Shown here piece by piece: positions 1 to 13,135 of a stretch of DNA of 64,000 nt (positions are counted from its first letter, which is position 1; the number at the start of each line of letters is the position of its first letter). Under the pieces are notes generated by a model that saw nothing but the letters and a program-made list of their open reading frames with translations, was not told the DNA's origin and ran no database searches. The DNA comes from Octopus sinensis. Taxonomy: Eukaryota. Both the position numbers and the translations under genes were made by a program. Where the stretch lies: contig NC_043009.1 in assembly GCF_006345805.1 (NCBI RefSeq), positions 70,866,001 through 70,930,000 on the forward strand. Reading direction: 5' to 3'.

Positions 1-30
1 CCTCCATATTTTGAAGAGGTCATGGGCCAA

Positions 31-103
31 CAGGTTTTGGGATCTGACGATACGCCACAAAGCCCTTTGTGGACGGGAAACCTAAGGTAATCCCGTAAAC
101 TGG
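31..103 (+). ncRNA. Type I hammerhead ribozyme in a Penelope-like pseudo-LTR
   Basis: Stem I GGGAT(39-43)/ATCCC(90-94), core CTGACGA 44-50, stem II with CCACAAA/TTTGTGG, GAAA 77-80, short stem III A-CC-TAA-GG-T, cleavage triplet GTA 87-89. The upstream flank CTCCATATTTT.AAGAGGTC is shared with the copy at ~52940. Confidence 0.85.
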
Positions 104-469
104 TTTTCCCTATTTTTGAGCAGGTACAGAAGCAAATATAACGAATCATTAAAGATGTGTTCTAGAATTTCTTTGTCTTCTTATTATATACATTATATAC
201 ATTATCTTATATACATTATATATATTATTAAATTATTATATTGTTATATATATATATTGGTATACATACATATAAAACCGTCGTGTATTGAACTCCTGTA
301 CATTTGTTTAAATAATTAAAAACCGCCAGTCACATGGCATGCACGAGTTTTATGTGAACTTATCCGTTGTTCTCTATATATTGCAGTTAAAACAAACGCG
401 GACAAACAATCGATTCCATCTCCGTTTTGATTTGTTGACTACTTGAATTGTTGTATCGTGAGTTAAATT

Positions 470-2220
470 GTTTTTACTTTTAATTTGCTCTTTTGTATCC
501 AAAGAAACCTTATTTTGCTGTTTACGGCGACCTTGTCGAGGCTTTTCCCCTTGTGTGAAGGGATGATAACGGAAGAGATTAGCTCCTCAGATGTGTCGTC
601 GTCTGAGGAGGAGCTGGTGAAGAATCTGGAGAAAACAGATGAAGCGATGGAGGTAAGGAAGTTTGCAAAGGCGCTGAACGAGAAAAGTGAAGATACATAC
701 CTTGGCGATTTAAGCAAATTCAACGAAATGCTTAAAGGGGTGCGGAATGAAGTAAAGATGTTCTCCCCCACCCTCAGTAAGACTACGGAAGCGGTGACAA
801 GAAGAACTTTACTTTATAGAACTTACAGGGTGAAACACCAACGAACAGAGGTCGTAACAAAATCAGAGGTTGAAAGGGATTTGAGACCCATATGGAAACA
901 AGTAAAATACTTCACAAGGGGAAGGAAATTTGCAACGATGGAGGTGCGATTTGCATCAGAGGCTTTGGCCAGGCAACAAGCCGGGACTCCCCTCAAAACG
1001 GAGGATATACCTAGGAAGACGTGCTTCTCGGGTAAGGGTAGAAGAGATCCACCCCACCCCTGAGGTAGATGTTGCCTGGCTGGTAGCCGATATCCTACGG
1101 CAGATTTTGTTAACGTTTCCCTCTTGTTTGAAGGGGAAAATTATTTTTATAATTTTGGTGGAATGTTTATGCCAGTTGTTGTAAAAGTGGACAAGTCTCC
1201 TGTTAAAGGTAAGTCCACCATGGATGGTGAGTAGGTCTTCGTTTGTCAAATTGATACTCTCTCGGTTCACTGGTTTCGGTGAACTGGAACCTTGGATTAA
1301 GCGTAGACCAAAGTTGGGAGCGTGGCAACCCGAGTGTCGCCACGCACTCGCGCTTCTCTCCTGGACGGGTGATGCCAGTGGAAGGCATTCTATAGAGGAT
1401 TGGTAGAGGATAAGTGTGAAGACACCCTGGGGGGAAACCCTGGGAGGAAACCCTGGGCTTTGATGAGAGCTTGCCGGCTTCTTGTTCCAAAGGACATTTG
1501 GGCCAGGGCCTACCAATAGTTTCCAAAAGTCCCTGGCTTGGCAATGTTACTGAGGAGCCTTACCAGTTCGAGATAAACTCGTCGGACATGGCTCTTCTTG
1601 CGCGTCCACTTACTCAAGAGGCGAACAGAGCAGTGAATCTGTTCTGCACACGATTGTGCAGTTTCCAAAAATTTCGGAAATGTTGGTTTATGTTAAACAA
1701 CAGTTGTCGTGTTTAGAAAGAGTACTGCTGTCTTCCGAGTCTATAATAAAAATTGTTCCACTGCCGTCTCTGGACAGAGAGGGTAAGGTTTGTTTGCGTA
1801 GTAGCTACAGCGAAAGAGGTTGTGTGGAAGACAGGTATGAAAGAATTGGTGACAGGCGTTTCCAACTCTGATCTGGTGTTGGTAAATCGCTTTGTTTTCC
1901 ACCTCAGAATGAAAATAAGGCTGGAAAGGAGACGCTTGTCACGTGGTACATACGGAAAAAGATGGAAGGAAGTTGCGAGTATACTGAGAGTAAATGATCC
2001 TACTTGAACGAGAACAGAAAGGTAATCAAAGAGCTCAGAGGTGGAACGGGGTTTGTGGGGTCGAACCCGTTCCCCTTCTTCCTTTTGTTATTTCATCTTG
2101 TTTTTTCATAGCTTAAATTTTAAATCATAATTTACACATCTTGTTCATCTTACGATCGTCGACCCCCTTGACTTTATATTGCCCCTCTATTTTGGTACTT
2201 CATGGACAATAAAGATTTAA
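470..2220 (+). mobile_element. Decayed Tx1/L1-clade LINE derivative: ORF1 5' part joined to the ORF2 C-terminus
   Basis: ORF 485-1063 is ORF1-like (VTKSEVERDL...RGRKFATMEVRF). From ~1190 the frames read WIKRRPKLGAWQPECRHAL, FYRGLVEDKCEDTLG, FQRTFGPGPTNSFQKSLAWQCY*GALPVRDKL and HLRMKIRLERRRL...KRWKEVA, resembling the Tx1 ORF2 C-terminal region. AATAAA at ~2208. No APE or RT core seen. Confidence 0.75.
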
Positions 2221-2360
2221 CAATTGATCGCATCACTACATCTATTTGTGTGCGTGTGTATATGCATACACATATGTGTGCGTTTTTGTATGCATATGCA
2301 TATGTATGTGTGAGAGAATATGTGTGTGTGCGTGTATGTGTGCATATGTGTGAATGTATA

Positions 2361-3148
2361 TCTATATATATAAAACTCAACTTGTGTGTCTGTGTGTGTA
2401 TCTGTGTGTATGTCTGTGTGTTTAACTTCCCGGCACATCTCCTCCTAGCCAACAAATCGTAGAACCACTAAAAATGGGTCACTTAAAGTTTAGGCGAATG
2501 AAAATTGAAATTCATCTCGCAAGTGCAAAAATCGATAATGTGTTTGTTTAGGCCTTATCCCATGCATTGAATAGTGAACTTTACTCAGTCAGCTGTTTGA
2601 TGTGAACTGTGTTCACCACGCGTGCAAGCATGCGTAAATTGCATGAAAAATAGAAAAATCAAGATATAAAAACGAATCGCCGTAAACATTGTAGAAATTC
2701 GGCAAAGAAATGAATTTTCAGGATGTAGCCTAGAGAGTTTTTTCGTATTAATCGTTCGGACTTTGTGAACACATACCAATTATCTATATATATAAAGCTG
2801 AAGTTGTCTGTGTAAGGCAGGTTTGGTAGCCTTCAACTAACACTATCTCCTCCGAGACCCTGCGGCGCAAGTTGACCAAAATTGAGACTATGATAGAAGA
2901 AGACTTGCTGTTCTTTTGTAGGAGGAAAAATTCAAATCGGACCATGTTAACGCCAAAGATTATTTATATCAAAAAGGTACTTTTTATCTATGAAAATCCC
3001 TATTTTTTTACGATTTTTTGACTGTCGCCATTTTTCGTGTATTTCAACCAGAAAAATGTTCACTTAAAGAGAATAACAAGCTACATAATGCAAAAGTTTT
3101 ACTTTTCAAAAATTCCAATTCTAAAGCAACGCCGGGTGATACTGCTAG
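2361..3148 (+). mobile_element. Non-autonomous Helitron (two 5'-type ends, one 3' end)
   Basis: A|TCTATATATATAAAACTCAACTTGTGTGTCTG at 2361 and A|TCTATATATATAAAGCTGAAGTTGTCTGTG at 2783. The 3' end GCAACGCCGGGTGATACTGCTAG|T ends at 3148. Confidence 0.7.
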
Positions 3149-3192
3149 TATACATATATATGTATATATATACACACGCACAGACTCACGCT

Positions 3193-3238
<46 letters not shown>

Positions 3239-4237
3239 TACACGCACTCGTATGTGTATGCATATACATATACATACACCCACGCTCACACATAGCTGCA
3301 CACTTTATAATATATCATGCCTATGCATACTTGAGTGTTACTTTGTTGCTGAACCTCTGTAATATCTATTTGCAGTTTTTATAATGTGACCAACCCAGCG
3401 GAGGGTTCTACTTCAATAATATGTGGACGGTACATGACTCCTTCCTATGATGTACCCTGTCATATACTGATAACTAAAAATTTATATGATTAGATATACT
3501 TCTTTCTCTTAGCAATTCACCTTGTATGTCTATCGAAAGATAATTCGATTTGTATCATTACATCACCTACAAATCTCATATGTAAAGGAGTCACCGATAA
3601 CTTATTTTTCCATTACACTAATGCTCCTAGACTCTCTCCGGTCCCCCTTCTATTAAGCCCGTCGGCTTTTGGCCTATTCAAATGTTCTGGTACCTAATAT
3701 TATAAAACTGCACGATATAGATCTCTAAAAGATATGTTTTCGCTATGACTCGAACTAAGGCAGAATGTACGAGGGTGCCATCCTGAAGCTTCACTCTAGC
3801 TAACATACTGTTCTATAGACGTTTCGGAATCAGTCAGTTCCGCTGTGTTTCACATAGAAAATTCTGGATGGTGGGTCACAGTGTGCCACTGGAAACCTTT
3901 GTTTGTGACTCTGAACTGTTATCAGGAACGTGCAACATTTTGCACAGGTTGCTTAAATGGGATTTAATCTTCATAATAGACTTGCTGCAAACAGTTCACA
4001 TCATATTTGCATACAATTTAAATGGTAGCACAAGGATTCGTTTAATATTTAACTTATTTTATTTACTGAGACACTTTCTCACCCAGTGTACTCTCGAAGT
4101 CTACCAAAGGCAACACTGTCCCTAACAATTATGATTTTATTTCATTGTAAAAAGCACTTTTCCTTGAGAGAGTGTTGTCCAAATATACCAACCCATCGGC
4201 GCTTAGTATTAGGGGATTCTTCACTGTGATTACTTAC

Positions 4238-4320
4238 ATCACGCACTCATTCTGGAACTGTTTGGTGCATGATCTCCGTTGTCTTTGTGTAGACAATGAG
4301 GCAAAGTAATTACAGATAGA
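4238..4320 (-). other. Candidate 83-nt internal exon of an unidentified transcript
   Basis: Minus-strand acceptor catgttttag| and donor GAT|gtaagt. One open frame: SICNYFASLSTQRQRRSCTKQFQNECV. No homology recognised. Confidence 0.3.
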
Positions 4321-5394
4321 CTAAAACATGTGCATTTTTCAATGCAGTCCAATCCAGTATTTTCGTCCAGGGCAGTACTTTTGTTCTTTCCTTAGATTAT
4401 ATATTTCCTAAGAAAATTTGTTCTTAGGAAAACTATAATTATCGCCGCATCAAATTCTTGACCCTAAACACTATGGAATTTCTAGTTTGCCAACATTCTT
4501 TTTGTTTAGTTAGACATTATATTTCTTAATGCCACTCTGCCATAGCTCCAATCCTACTGAAGATGTTCTATGACATGACCTGTATTGTAAGACTACTACA
4601 CTGGCGGTATCTTGAAAATATTGGATTAATGGAACTTTGCAACTGATTGTAATTGAAGAATTTTAAATAATAGAGACAGCAGATCTCAAACAATTACCGT
4701 CTATTAGCACACGCGTTTGTCTTTTTTCGATGTTGTCTTGTATTTATTAATTTGATAATTTATTTTGGCTATAATTACTTCATTGTATGATATAATTACG
4801 TCAAGATGATACCTCGGAGAATTTTTAAATCTTGCAATTATTTTAATGTTAATTTATTAATTATTTGCTGCTGATTCAAAGAAATTTAATTGCACATGTC
4901 TAAGTCCTCCAATGTTTTCCGATGTTCTAGCATTGCTCTCTGCATGTGACAAAATTTCAAATAGTTTTGCCCTTAAGCTTTCTTCTTCTTCTTAACAGTA
5001 CTTAATAATTTCTCATTATTTTATGAGGAAAGAGAAAATACGAATAATTATTCATTGTGTTCTTTATAGCGCTTACTCTCAAATTTGAACCGTTAGAATT
5101 AAATAATCCATCTTGTGGAAGCTTAGCTTGAGGGTAGATCTGAATGGGTAAGAGTATAATCAAAAGGATTCCAATCATGACCATCCCGTTTTATTTTCCT
5201 ACTTCTCTGTCGAAATCATTATCCGACGCGGTCCTTCGTTATTTATTTACTTTGTTACAGTCGGACGGGATGTGACCGTTTCTTTTATATTCAGATCTAC
5301 TGGCTTCATTGAGAGTATTAAAAGATATTGAAAGGCGAAACAATTCAGATATTAAACATAAATCAAAGCATTTCAGTTCTATGTAAATATATAA

Positions 5395-6365
5395 TGGACA
5401 TTGTCTGAAATCTTTCAATATAATGTCTGGTCTATTCGCATCTACCTTTCTGTCAGTTTGAACAGTAAAGTTCCAGAGGAGTGAAATGTGATCATTTTCA
5501 AGCACTGGAGGTGGTTTGTATTCCTACTAGTTTTTATCAAGGGGCAGATGCAGGTTTTCGCAAATGGCCCGGTGAATATTCTGTGCCTCTCTATCATGCC
5601 TGTTGAGATACTCTGTAGGCGCAAGAAGGATACTCATGGAGACAACATGATGAATGGTTCCATTTTGCTGTTTACATACACATGTTGGGCTACTGTCTTT
5701 CATTAAGATGTTGGCCTGGTAGCTTTTTGTAGGTAGGCATTGATCTTGGGCTTCTATGATAAACCCTTCTGCTTAATTTTAAGCAAGAAAACACTAGACA
5801 TTGATGAGTAAGGGCTTTGTCATCATCGACATTATTAGCTATTGAGTTGTTTTTCTTGCCATTTATCAGTCGGAATATCTAAGGCAGCAGTTTTAGCAAC
5901 GGTTTTCATACGCTTAGCCTGTTCTGTTCGTCTGATTCTGGGATTTGTTGTATTTGGAATTCACTTAGATATTTCCTTGCCTGTTTTCTTACTGAGCGCG
6001 CGGTTTTCTTGTTTTCGTCTTTTAAGACTTTTAGCATCCAGGGTGGTGCATTCCATTTTCTGTCAACAATTTTCGTATTTTTCTGTCAAAATTACAGTTT
6101 TCAGTAACTGACCAATCAATGATCCAGAAACTGCAAGTCACGACCGGAATGGCTAAACTATCGATCGCTTCGATCTCGTTTCTTATGTTCAGCTTTCTCT
6201 TGAGTATTTCCCTTGTCCTGCCATAACATCCTTTACATATCTTTCCCTTCATCATTGAATGTTTGATTGCATCCCCTTCACATAACCCTAGATATTTGTA
6301 GCCCTCCTCTGGTTCCAACTCCTTTATAACATTCGGTCGGTCCAGTATTAAGTCCTTTATAATGT
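5395..6365 (-). mobile_element. R4/Dong-type RLE non-LTR retrotransposon fragment A
   Basis: Minus frames YKYLGLCEGDAIKHSMMKGKI...RKLLTENGMHHP, EAQDQCLPTKSYQANI and LENDHISLLWNFTVQTDRKVDANRPDIILKD cover the post-RT region, the zinc-finger region and the start of the PD-(D/E)xK nuclease. Stops and frameshifts present. Confidence 0.85.
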
Positions 6366-6379
6366 TTTGCTGGTAAAGT

Positions 6380-6380
<1 letters not shown>

Positions 6381-6410
<30 letters not shown>

Positions 6411-7481
6411 CATCATCTCTTTATCACAGGTTTTGTCGGAGCTCCTGGAGTCTTCCATGCATAGCGGGCTTACTACCTGCAGCCTACGGTACTATGCTTT
6501 TCGTTCTTCTCAGCTATCCAATACTTTGCTGGTTATTCTGGCCGTGCCAACGAGGCAATCCTTTTCTAACACTTCTACTGGGCGCTCTATTCCAACTTCC
6601 TGTATATTCCTCTTGACGCCTTCTGATACTGTTCCCAAAAAACCAACAACAATTGGCACTATCTTCACTTTTATTTTCCATAGCCGGGCTATTTCCTACT
6701 TAAGAGGATGGTATTTATCTATCTTTTCGCCTTCCTCCTTGACTAGTCGTGGATCAAAGGGGCATGCAACTTCAACTATATAGCATAATGTGGGACATCT
6801 TGTCCACCACCACTGGGTCCGGTCTGTTATGTTCTAACACTTGATCTGTTTGGTTTGGGAAATCCTAGCTTATTTCGCTAGTCTTCGACTCTGTCACTCT
6901 CTGTCGTTTCTGCTCATACCACGTCTTGCCTCTCTCTAGCCCCCACTTTTCGCAGTTTCCAATTTAGCACTTTCGCTACCTGGTTATCACCACATCTCGT
7001 ACTGGTTTTCGGCAAGTCTGGGGCATTTGCTCGTGATATGGGCAATGGTTTCATCCACTCTATTGAAGTTGCAGCACAGCGGAGACACTTGCTCATTCCT
7101 AAGGTTGAGCTTCCAGTTCGTAGCTAAAGCTTGGTCCTGCGCTGCCAGTACAATGCTCTCGGTCTCTTTTTTTAGTGTTACTTTCATCAGCCAATCCCAC
7201 ATATTTTTCCAACAACTTCTGTTGTGGCTACATGGAATTGATTGCGTAGTCCCTTCTTGCGTAATTCTTCTTCATGTCTTTTTTTTGTACTTCTTCCTTT
7301 GTTTCCCTTTTGTTCTCTGCTCTCAATACTCACTCGTTCTTGACTGTCACTCACAAGGTTTCTTTACTTTAGGCTAGATACCATCTCATTAAGTTCTCGA
7401 GTTCGATGCACACGCAGTCTTCCACACTTATTAGTTCCCTTCCTCCATTCCTCTCTTCATGTATAAGCGATCAGTGTCTTC
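6381..7481 (-). mobile_element. 5'-truncated R4/Dong-type RLE LINE fragment B with (TAA)n tail
   Basis: Minus frames DTDRLYMKR, KKETESIVLAAQDQAL, DETIAHITSKCPRLA and IVEVACPFD...EKIDKYHPLK...VPIVVGFLG...CLVGTARITSKVLDS* (stop 6510-6512). (TAA)n tail at 6381-6410. Confidence 0.9.
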
Positions 7482-7558
<77 letters not shown>

Positions 7559-7585
7559 CAGCAGCAGCAGCAGCAGCAGTAGCAG
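7482..7585. repeat. (AGT)n(AGC)n trinucleotide microsatellite
   Basis: Direct reading; abuts the 5' truncation point of fragment B. Confidence 0.95.
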
Positions 7586-10164
7586 TACTAGATTAGAACC
7601 AGATCAATATATTTCCTCGAACGTCAAAGAACGTGAGACCAAAGATATTCTTGCCGTGGCCTTGTCGTCTTTTATCAAACATAGTCTATATAGAACCGTA
7701 TTATTTAATGAATTTGTCCTGTTTTTTTTTCTAACATTTGGTTGCTTCTTCCAGCAAGACGAGTCTATATATATATATATATATAATATATATATATATA
7801 TGCATTTTGGGGGCGATTATCTGTTCATTTGTTGTTTCGTCTTCGTAGGTGAATATGGCTGCAATATGTCCGGGGTCGGTTTTTCTACGTAACAGTGTCT
7901 TGTATGAGCGTGGATAGCGGTAATTTCACTCTGATTTTCAAGTGAAGAATAACGAATAAATCTTAAGCAAGTTCCTGCACTGCATCGGCCACTGGCATCA
8001 CTTCTGATGGACCTTTATGAGTGTGATATCTACTAAATGATAAACACAGTTAAATATTTTCTCCACATCCAAGTAAACTTTACCTTAGATCTTTACATAA
8101 TTCTTTATAAAAGATCTCGTTCTTATTCTCTACAGAGAAGCTTTGGGTCATTATTTGCGAATGCGGATAATATTAATATAACGTTTCGAATTTATGGGGT
8201 TGGTATTATCGATTCTTTCATCCTGATGGCTTGAGTGCTACTCTATTTTATGGAAACCCGGAAGGATGAAAGGCAAAGTCAACTTCAACAGGTTTATAAC
8301 TCATTATACATGTAACACTGAATCCGGTATATCTAATGTTATTCATAAGATTTATTCCCGTCATCATACTTTTTTATTAAATTTTGTCTTTAACATCAGT
8401 TAATTGATTGTTAGTTGTTTTTTTATTATTATCCCCCCCCTCTGTCTCGCACCAATGAATGTTTTTGCCTAAAACTATTAGCCTTCCCCTTTTTCCTCAC
8501 AAAAACGAACAAAGCTCCTTTTTGAGTCACTCAAAAAGCTGCTTTCCTTGTTGTCATGTGACTCCGATCAATTCAACAATTACTCATTTTTTTCCAGCTG
8601 AGTTTACTTGAGCAAAAACACATTGCTCGGTCCAGGAATCGAAGCAACGACTTCTATGATCCTGATTTCAACACACTAACCAATATGCCAGGAGCTTTCA
8701 CTTCTTCCTCGGAGTATACAATTTATTCACTGATGTAACTTCCCCCTGGTTCTACCTGCTTTAGGATGTATATTTTATACATTAGCTGTTTCCTTATTCA
8801 GGAACTATTCAACATTTGGCACGCACCATTTGACATTTCGTTACGTTGTTTTACGGCCTTCCCGAAGAGTTCAAATCCCACGCAGTTGGACTTTCTCTTT
8901 CTTCTTACCAAAATGGATGAAAAGTTTGTGGATAAAGATATTATCAAATAGGAACACTGTAATCCACTCTATTTGAAAAGGAGATTTTGTGATATGGCCA
9001 TTGGCCAAGGATGAAAACTAGTCGCAGAAAAGAAAAGACATCAGCTACAGCTGGATTATTTATTGCCTAATATTTTCCATGTTGTCATATGCATAAAAAA
9101 AACAAATAGTTGAATGGACACTAACAGGATTAAGAGAGTCATTCCACTCCTAAAGGATTTTATTTAAGCAGAGAAATTTCTACAATAATTATTTTAATTT
9201 TCTAAAGTGGTAAATGCTTTACGATAAAAACTGTATATTTTGTATGTCATTCTAATGGTAAGCACCGCGAAATATATGCTTCATTGAGGAAATCTAAAAA
9301 AGCCGTAATATGTCCAAAGTTTTCATTGTACAAAATTCAGATTCATTCTTCCTGAATTGTCTGAATTAAATTTCTTGACAACAAATTAATCATTAAAGGT
9401 AATGCAATATCTCTTCTTCTCACGTCTAATAAATAAATCAATTGGTTTAATACATTTAACATGCGAATGCTATATCACTTCTTACCATTTTTATGATGCT
9501 ACGTTCGCTCTTCTATATAATTCCGTTTATCTCGTCTCTAGTATATATTTTTAATCTTTTCATGACTGCACATCATCGTTTATCTACTTAACACGATCAA
9601 TAAGTATTCATACTGGAATTCTTATTCCATTTTATAAATTCTCTATGGCTAACTATAATTCCAAGAGACTTTTACCATTTTTTCATGCGATCAGTGATTT
9701 TTCTTAATCAAGTGTTCTTTCCAGTATTTACTGAATCTGTGAACTACTTTTAGCAAATTTCTCTGCCTTTTTTTTGTTTTTCTTTTTTGTTTTGTATTCT
9801 TCGTATATTGGCGATAGTCGATTTCCTCTCCAATACATTGGCAATAATGCATAACTTCGTCCAAGAAAATATTTTGTAGTGTTCGAATGATGTCGAGAAG
9901 AAATATGAAAAAGTTATCTCGTAGAATGATGCAGTTACTATTAAATTTTCCTAATAAAGAAAGTTTTATTATTAAATAAAGAATAATTAAATTTATATTT
10001 TTCAGTTTCGGAAATATTTCAAGTGTTTCGCATCTTCAAATGAATTAACCAAAGCTTAGAAAACATGCGAACGTTGAAGGCTAAAAATGTTGTGTGGGGA
10101 AGCACCATCAATGTTAACAGAATCAAATACAGCCATTTGCTAGAACATATCTACGTCTCTTTCC

Positions 10165-10262
10165 AAAGTCGATAAATTAAGTACCAGTTACGTACTGGGG
10201 ATGATCTAATCGACTGGCCCCCTCCTCAAACATTTCGGGCCTTATGCCTAGACTAGAAAAGA
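10165..10262 (+). mobile_element. tRNA-derived SINE, 3' half
   Basis: GTCGATAAATTAAGTACCAGTT...CTGGGG...TAATCGACTGGCCCCC...GGGCCTTATGCCTAGA matches the other copies in the window. Confidence 0.8.
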
Positions 10263-10354
10263 AAAAAAAAGAAAAAGAGAACATATCTATGTCTGTCTTG
10301 ATCTTTAGGTTTATGTTTATGCAACATCAGAGCTGCATCAACAGCGAATTAAAT

Positions 10355-10570
10355 ATTGGTTTCAAATTTCTGCACAAGGAGCAATTTCGGGGGAGTGGGT
10401 AATTCGATTACATCGACCCCGGCACTAAACTGGTACTTATTTTATAGACCCCGAGAGGATGAAAAGCAAAGTCGGCCTCTTCGGTATTTGAACTCAGTAT
10501 AAAGACAAATGAAGTGCCGTCAAGAATTTTGCCCGGCGCGGTAACGATTCTGCCAGCCCGCAGCCTTAGT
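10355..10570 (-). mobile_element. tRNA-derived SINE (main family)
   Basis: The reverse complement has the GGCTGGCAGAATCGTTA head and GAGTTCAAATACC B-box. The body is shared with more than 10 copies in the window. Confidence 0.85.
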
Positions 10571-11074
10571 TCAGCAAATAGGAGGAAGGATATAAACTTT
10601 ATGTGTTTAAGCATAAATGAACATATACATGCATATATATATATATATGATTAAACCCTGCAGAAGTGAGTGATTCTCTGCAGAGAATCACTTATGCAGT
10701 ATTTATTTCCGGTAACTTAACGCGCCAGAACGAGGGCATTTGAATGTAACTGTGAATATAATCGGCCGAACTGCTCGCGTCTCCGACCTCGTGTTAGTAT
10801 ATATACCGTGCAGTTCGACAATTTATATTTTATGACGTACTCCACCGATGATCCGAGGATATTTATGTAAGTAAAATTACATGATTTATTAATGGTGAAA
10901 CAATTGTATGGGGTTAATCTATACATTCGTTATTTTTCATTTGTCCTGCTCGCTTACGTTCTTGGTGTGGTGAATTATTTCTTGAGAACAATTCTTAGTG
11001 GTTCAGTCCCATTTGCGGATCTATATTATATCTAGCGTAAGAGTGTCCACCTAGTGGATCCTCTCTCATAGTTG

Positions 11075-12081
<1,007 letters not shown>

Positions 12082-12099
12082 TAGTGTACATTTAAGCAC

Positions 12100-12315
12100 A
12101 AAAGAGGTGATCCTAAACAGGTTGCCTAACATTAAAGAACATTAAAATTCCAAGCCACAGATCGAAATTAAAGTTCGAAACCTGAGGTTCGGATGTATAA
12201 CATGGTAGATGTTTCTATTTTTCATCCCCTTCGAAATTGCTCTTAACTGACCTTAACTGCTCTTTTGACTGCTCTTTTTAGTATGTTAGGCAACCTGTTA
12301 AGGATCGCTTCTTTT
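12100..12315. mobile_element. MITE with ~33-bp terminal inverted repeats
   Basis: AAAAGAGGTGATCCTAAACAGGTTGCCTAACAT versus the reverse complement of ATGTTAGGCAACCTGTTAAGGATCGCTTCTTTT (3 mismatches). Confidence 0.75.
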
Positions 12316-12424
12316 TATATGAAAAATATGTCTATTGACTTTGTATACATACTAGGCCACTGGTAGAAGAAAATTTCTATAATTTTTCCTACCCTATATT
12401 AATTTTAATTACATATATATATAT

Positions 12425-12459
<35 letters not shown>

Positions 12460-12894
12460 TGATGTATAAGTGTGTTTATACAGATACTCACACACACACA
12501 TATGTTGGCTGCATGCATATTTCCTTTCTTCAATTTATATTTGGCGTTATATGATTCAGTTTGAATATTTAATAGACATTCACAGAATTCATAACAGAAA
12601 CTATACACAAGGGAGTTTCTGTGTACAGTTTCTTGTGTGAATATATATATTTGCTTATGTCTACCTATGTCCGTATTTGTTTTTGTTCGTATCGAACTAC
12701 GTGTGTTAATCTCTCTGTCTGTGCGAGCGTGTGTGGTGTGAGTCTCTTTTTAATCTTGGGGCGACAAGATGGCAGAAGAAGATTGGAAAAATATATATAA
12801 AAATAATTATTTTTATCAGGACTGATACTTATTATTGTTCTTATGTCTTCGCAAATAAAGCAGGCACCTAGCAATGAAGAGATTCACCACAATG

Positions 12895-13135
12895 TATGTA
12901 TGTATGTATGTATATATGTTTGTATGTATGTTTGTATGTATGTATGTATGTATGTATGTATGTATGTATGTATGTATGTATGTATGTATGTATGTATGTA
13001 TGTATGTGTGTATGTGTGTGTGTGTGTGCATGTATATGTGTATGTACGTATGCATGCGTGTATGTATGTATGTGTGTATGTATAAATGTATGTATGTATG
13101 TATGTATGTTTCTATGCATGTATGTATGTATGTAT
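12895..13135. repeat. (ATGT)n microsatellite
   Basis: Direct reading. Confidence 0.95.

Noticed and set aside
1471-1520. Apparent zinc knuckle (CSKGHLGQG) in ORF 1471-1716
   Set aside because: Another frame gives the much better Tx1 ORF2 motif FQRTFGPGP...FQKSLAWQCY, so the knuckle is a wrong-frame artefact.
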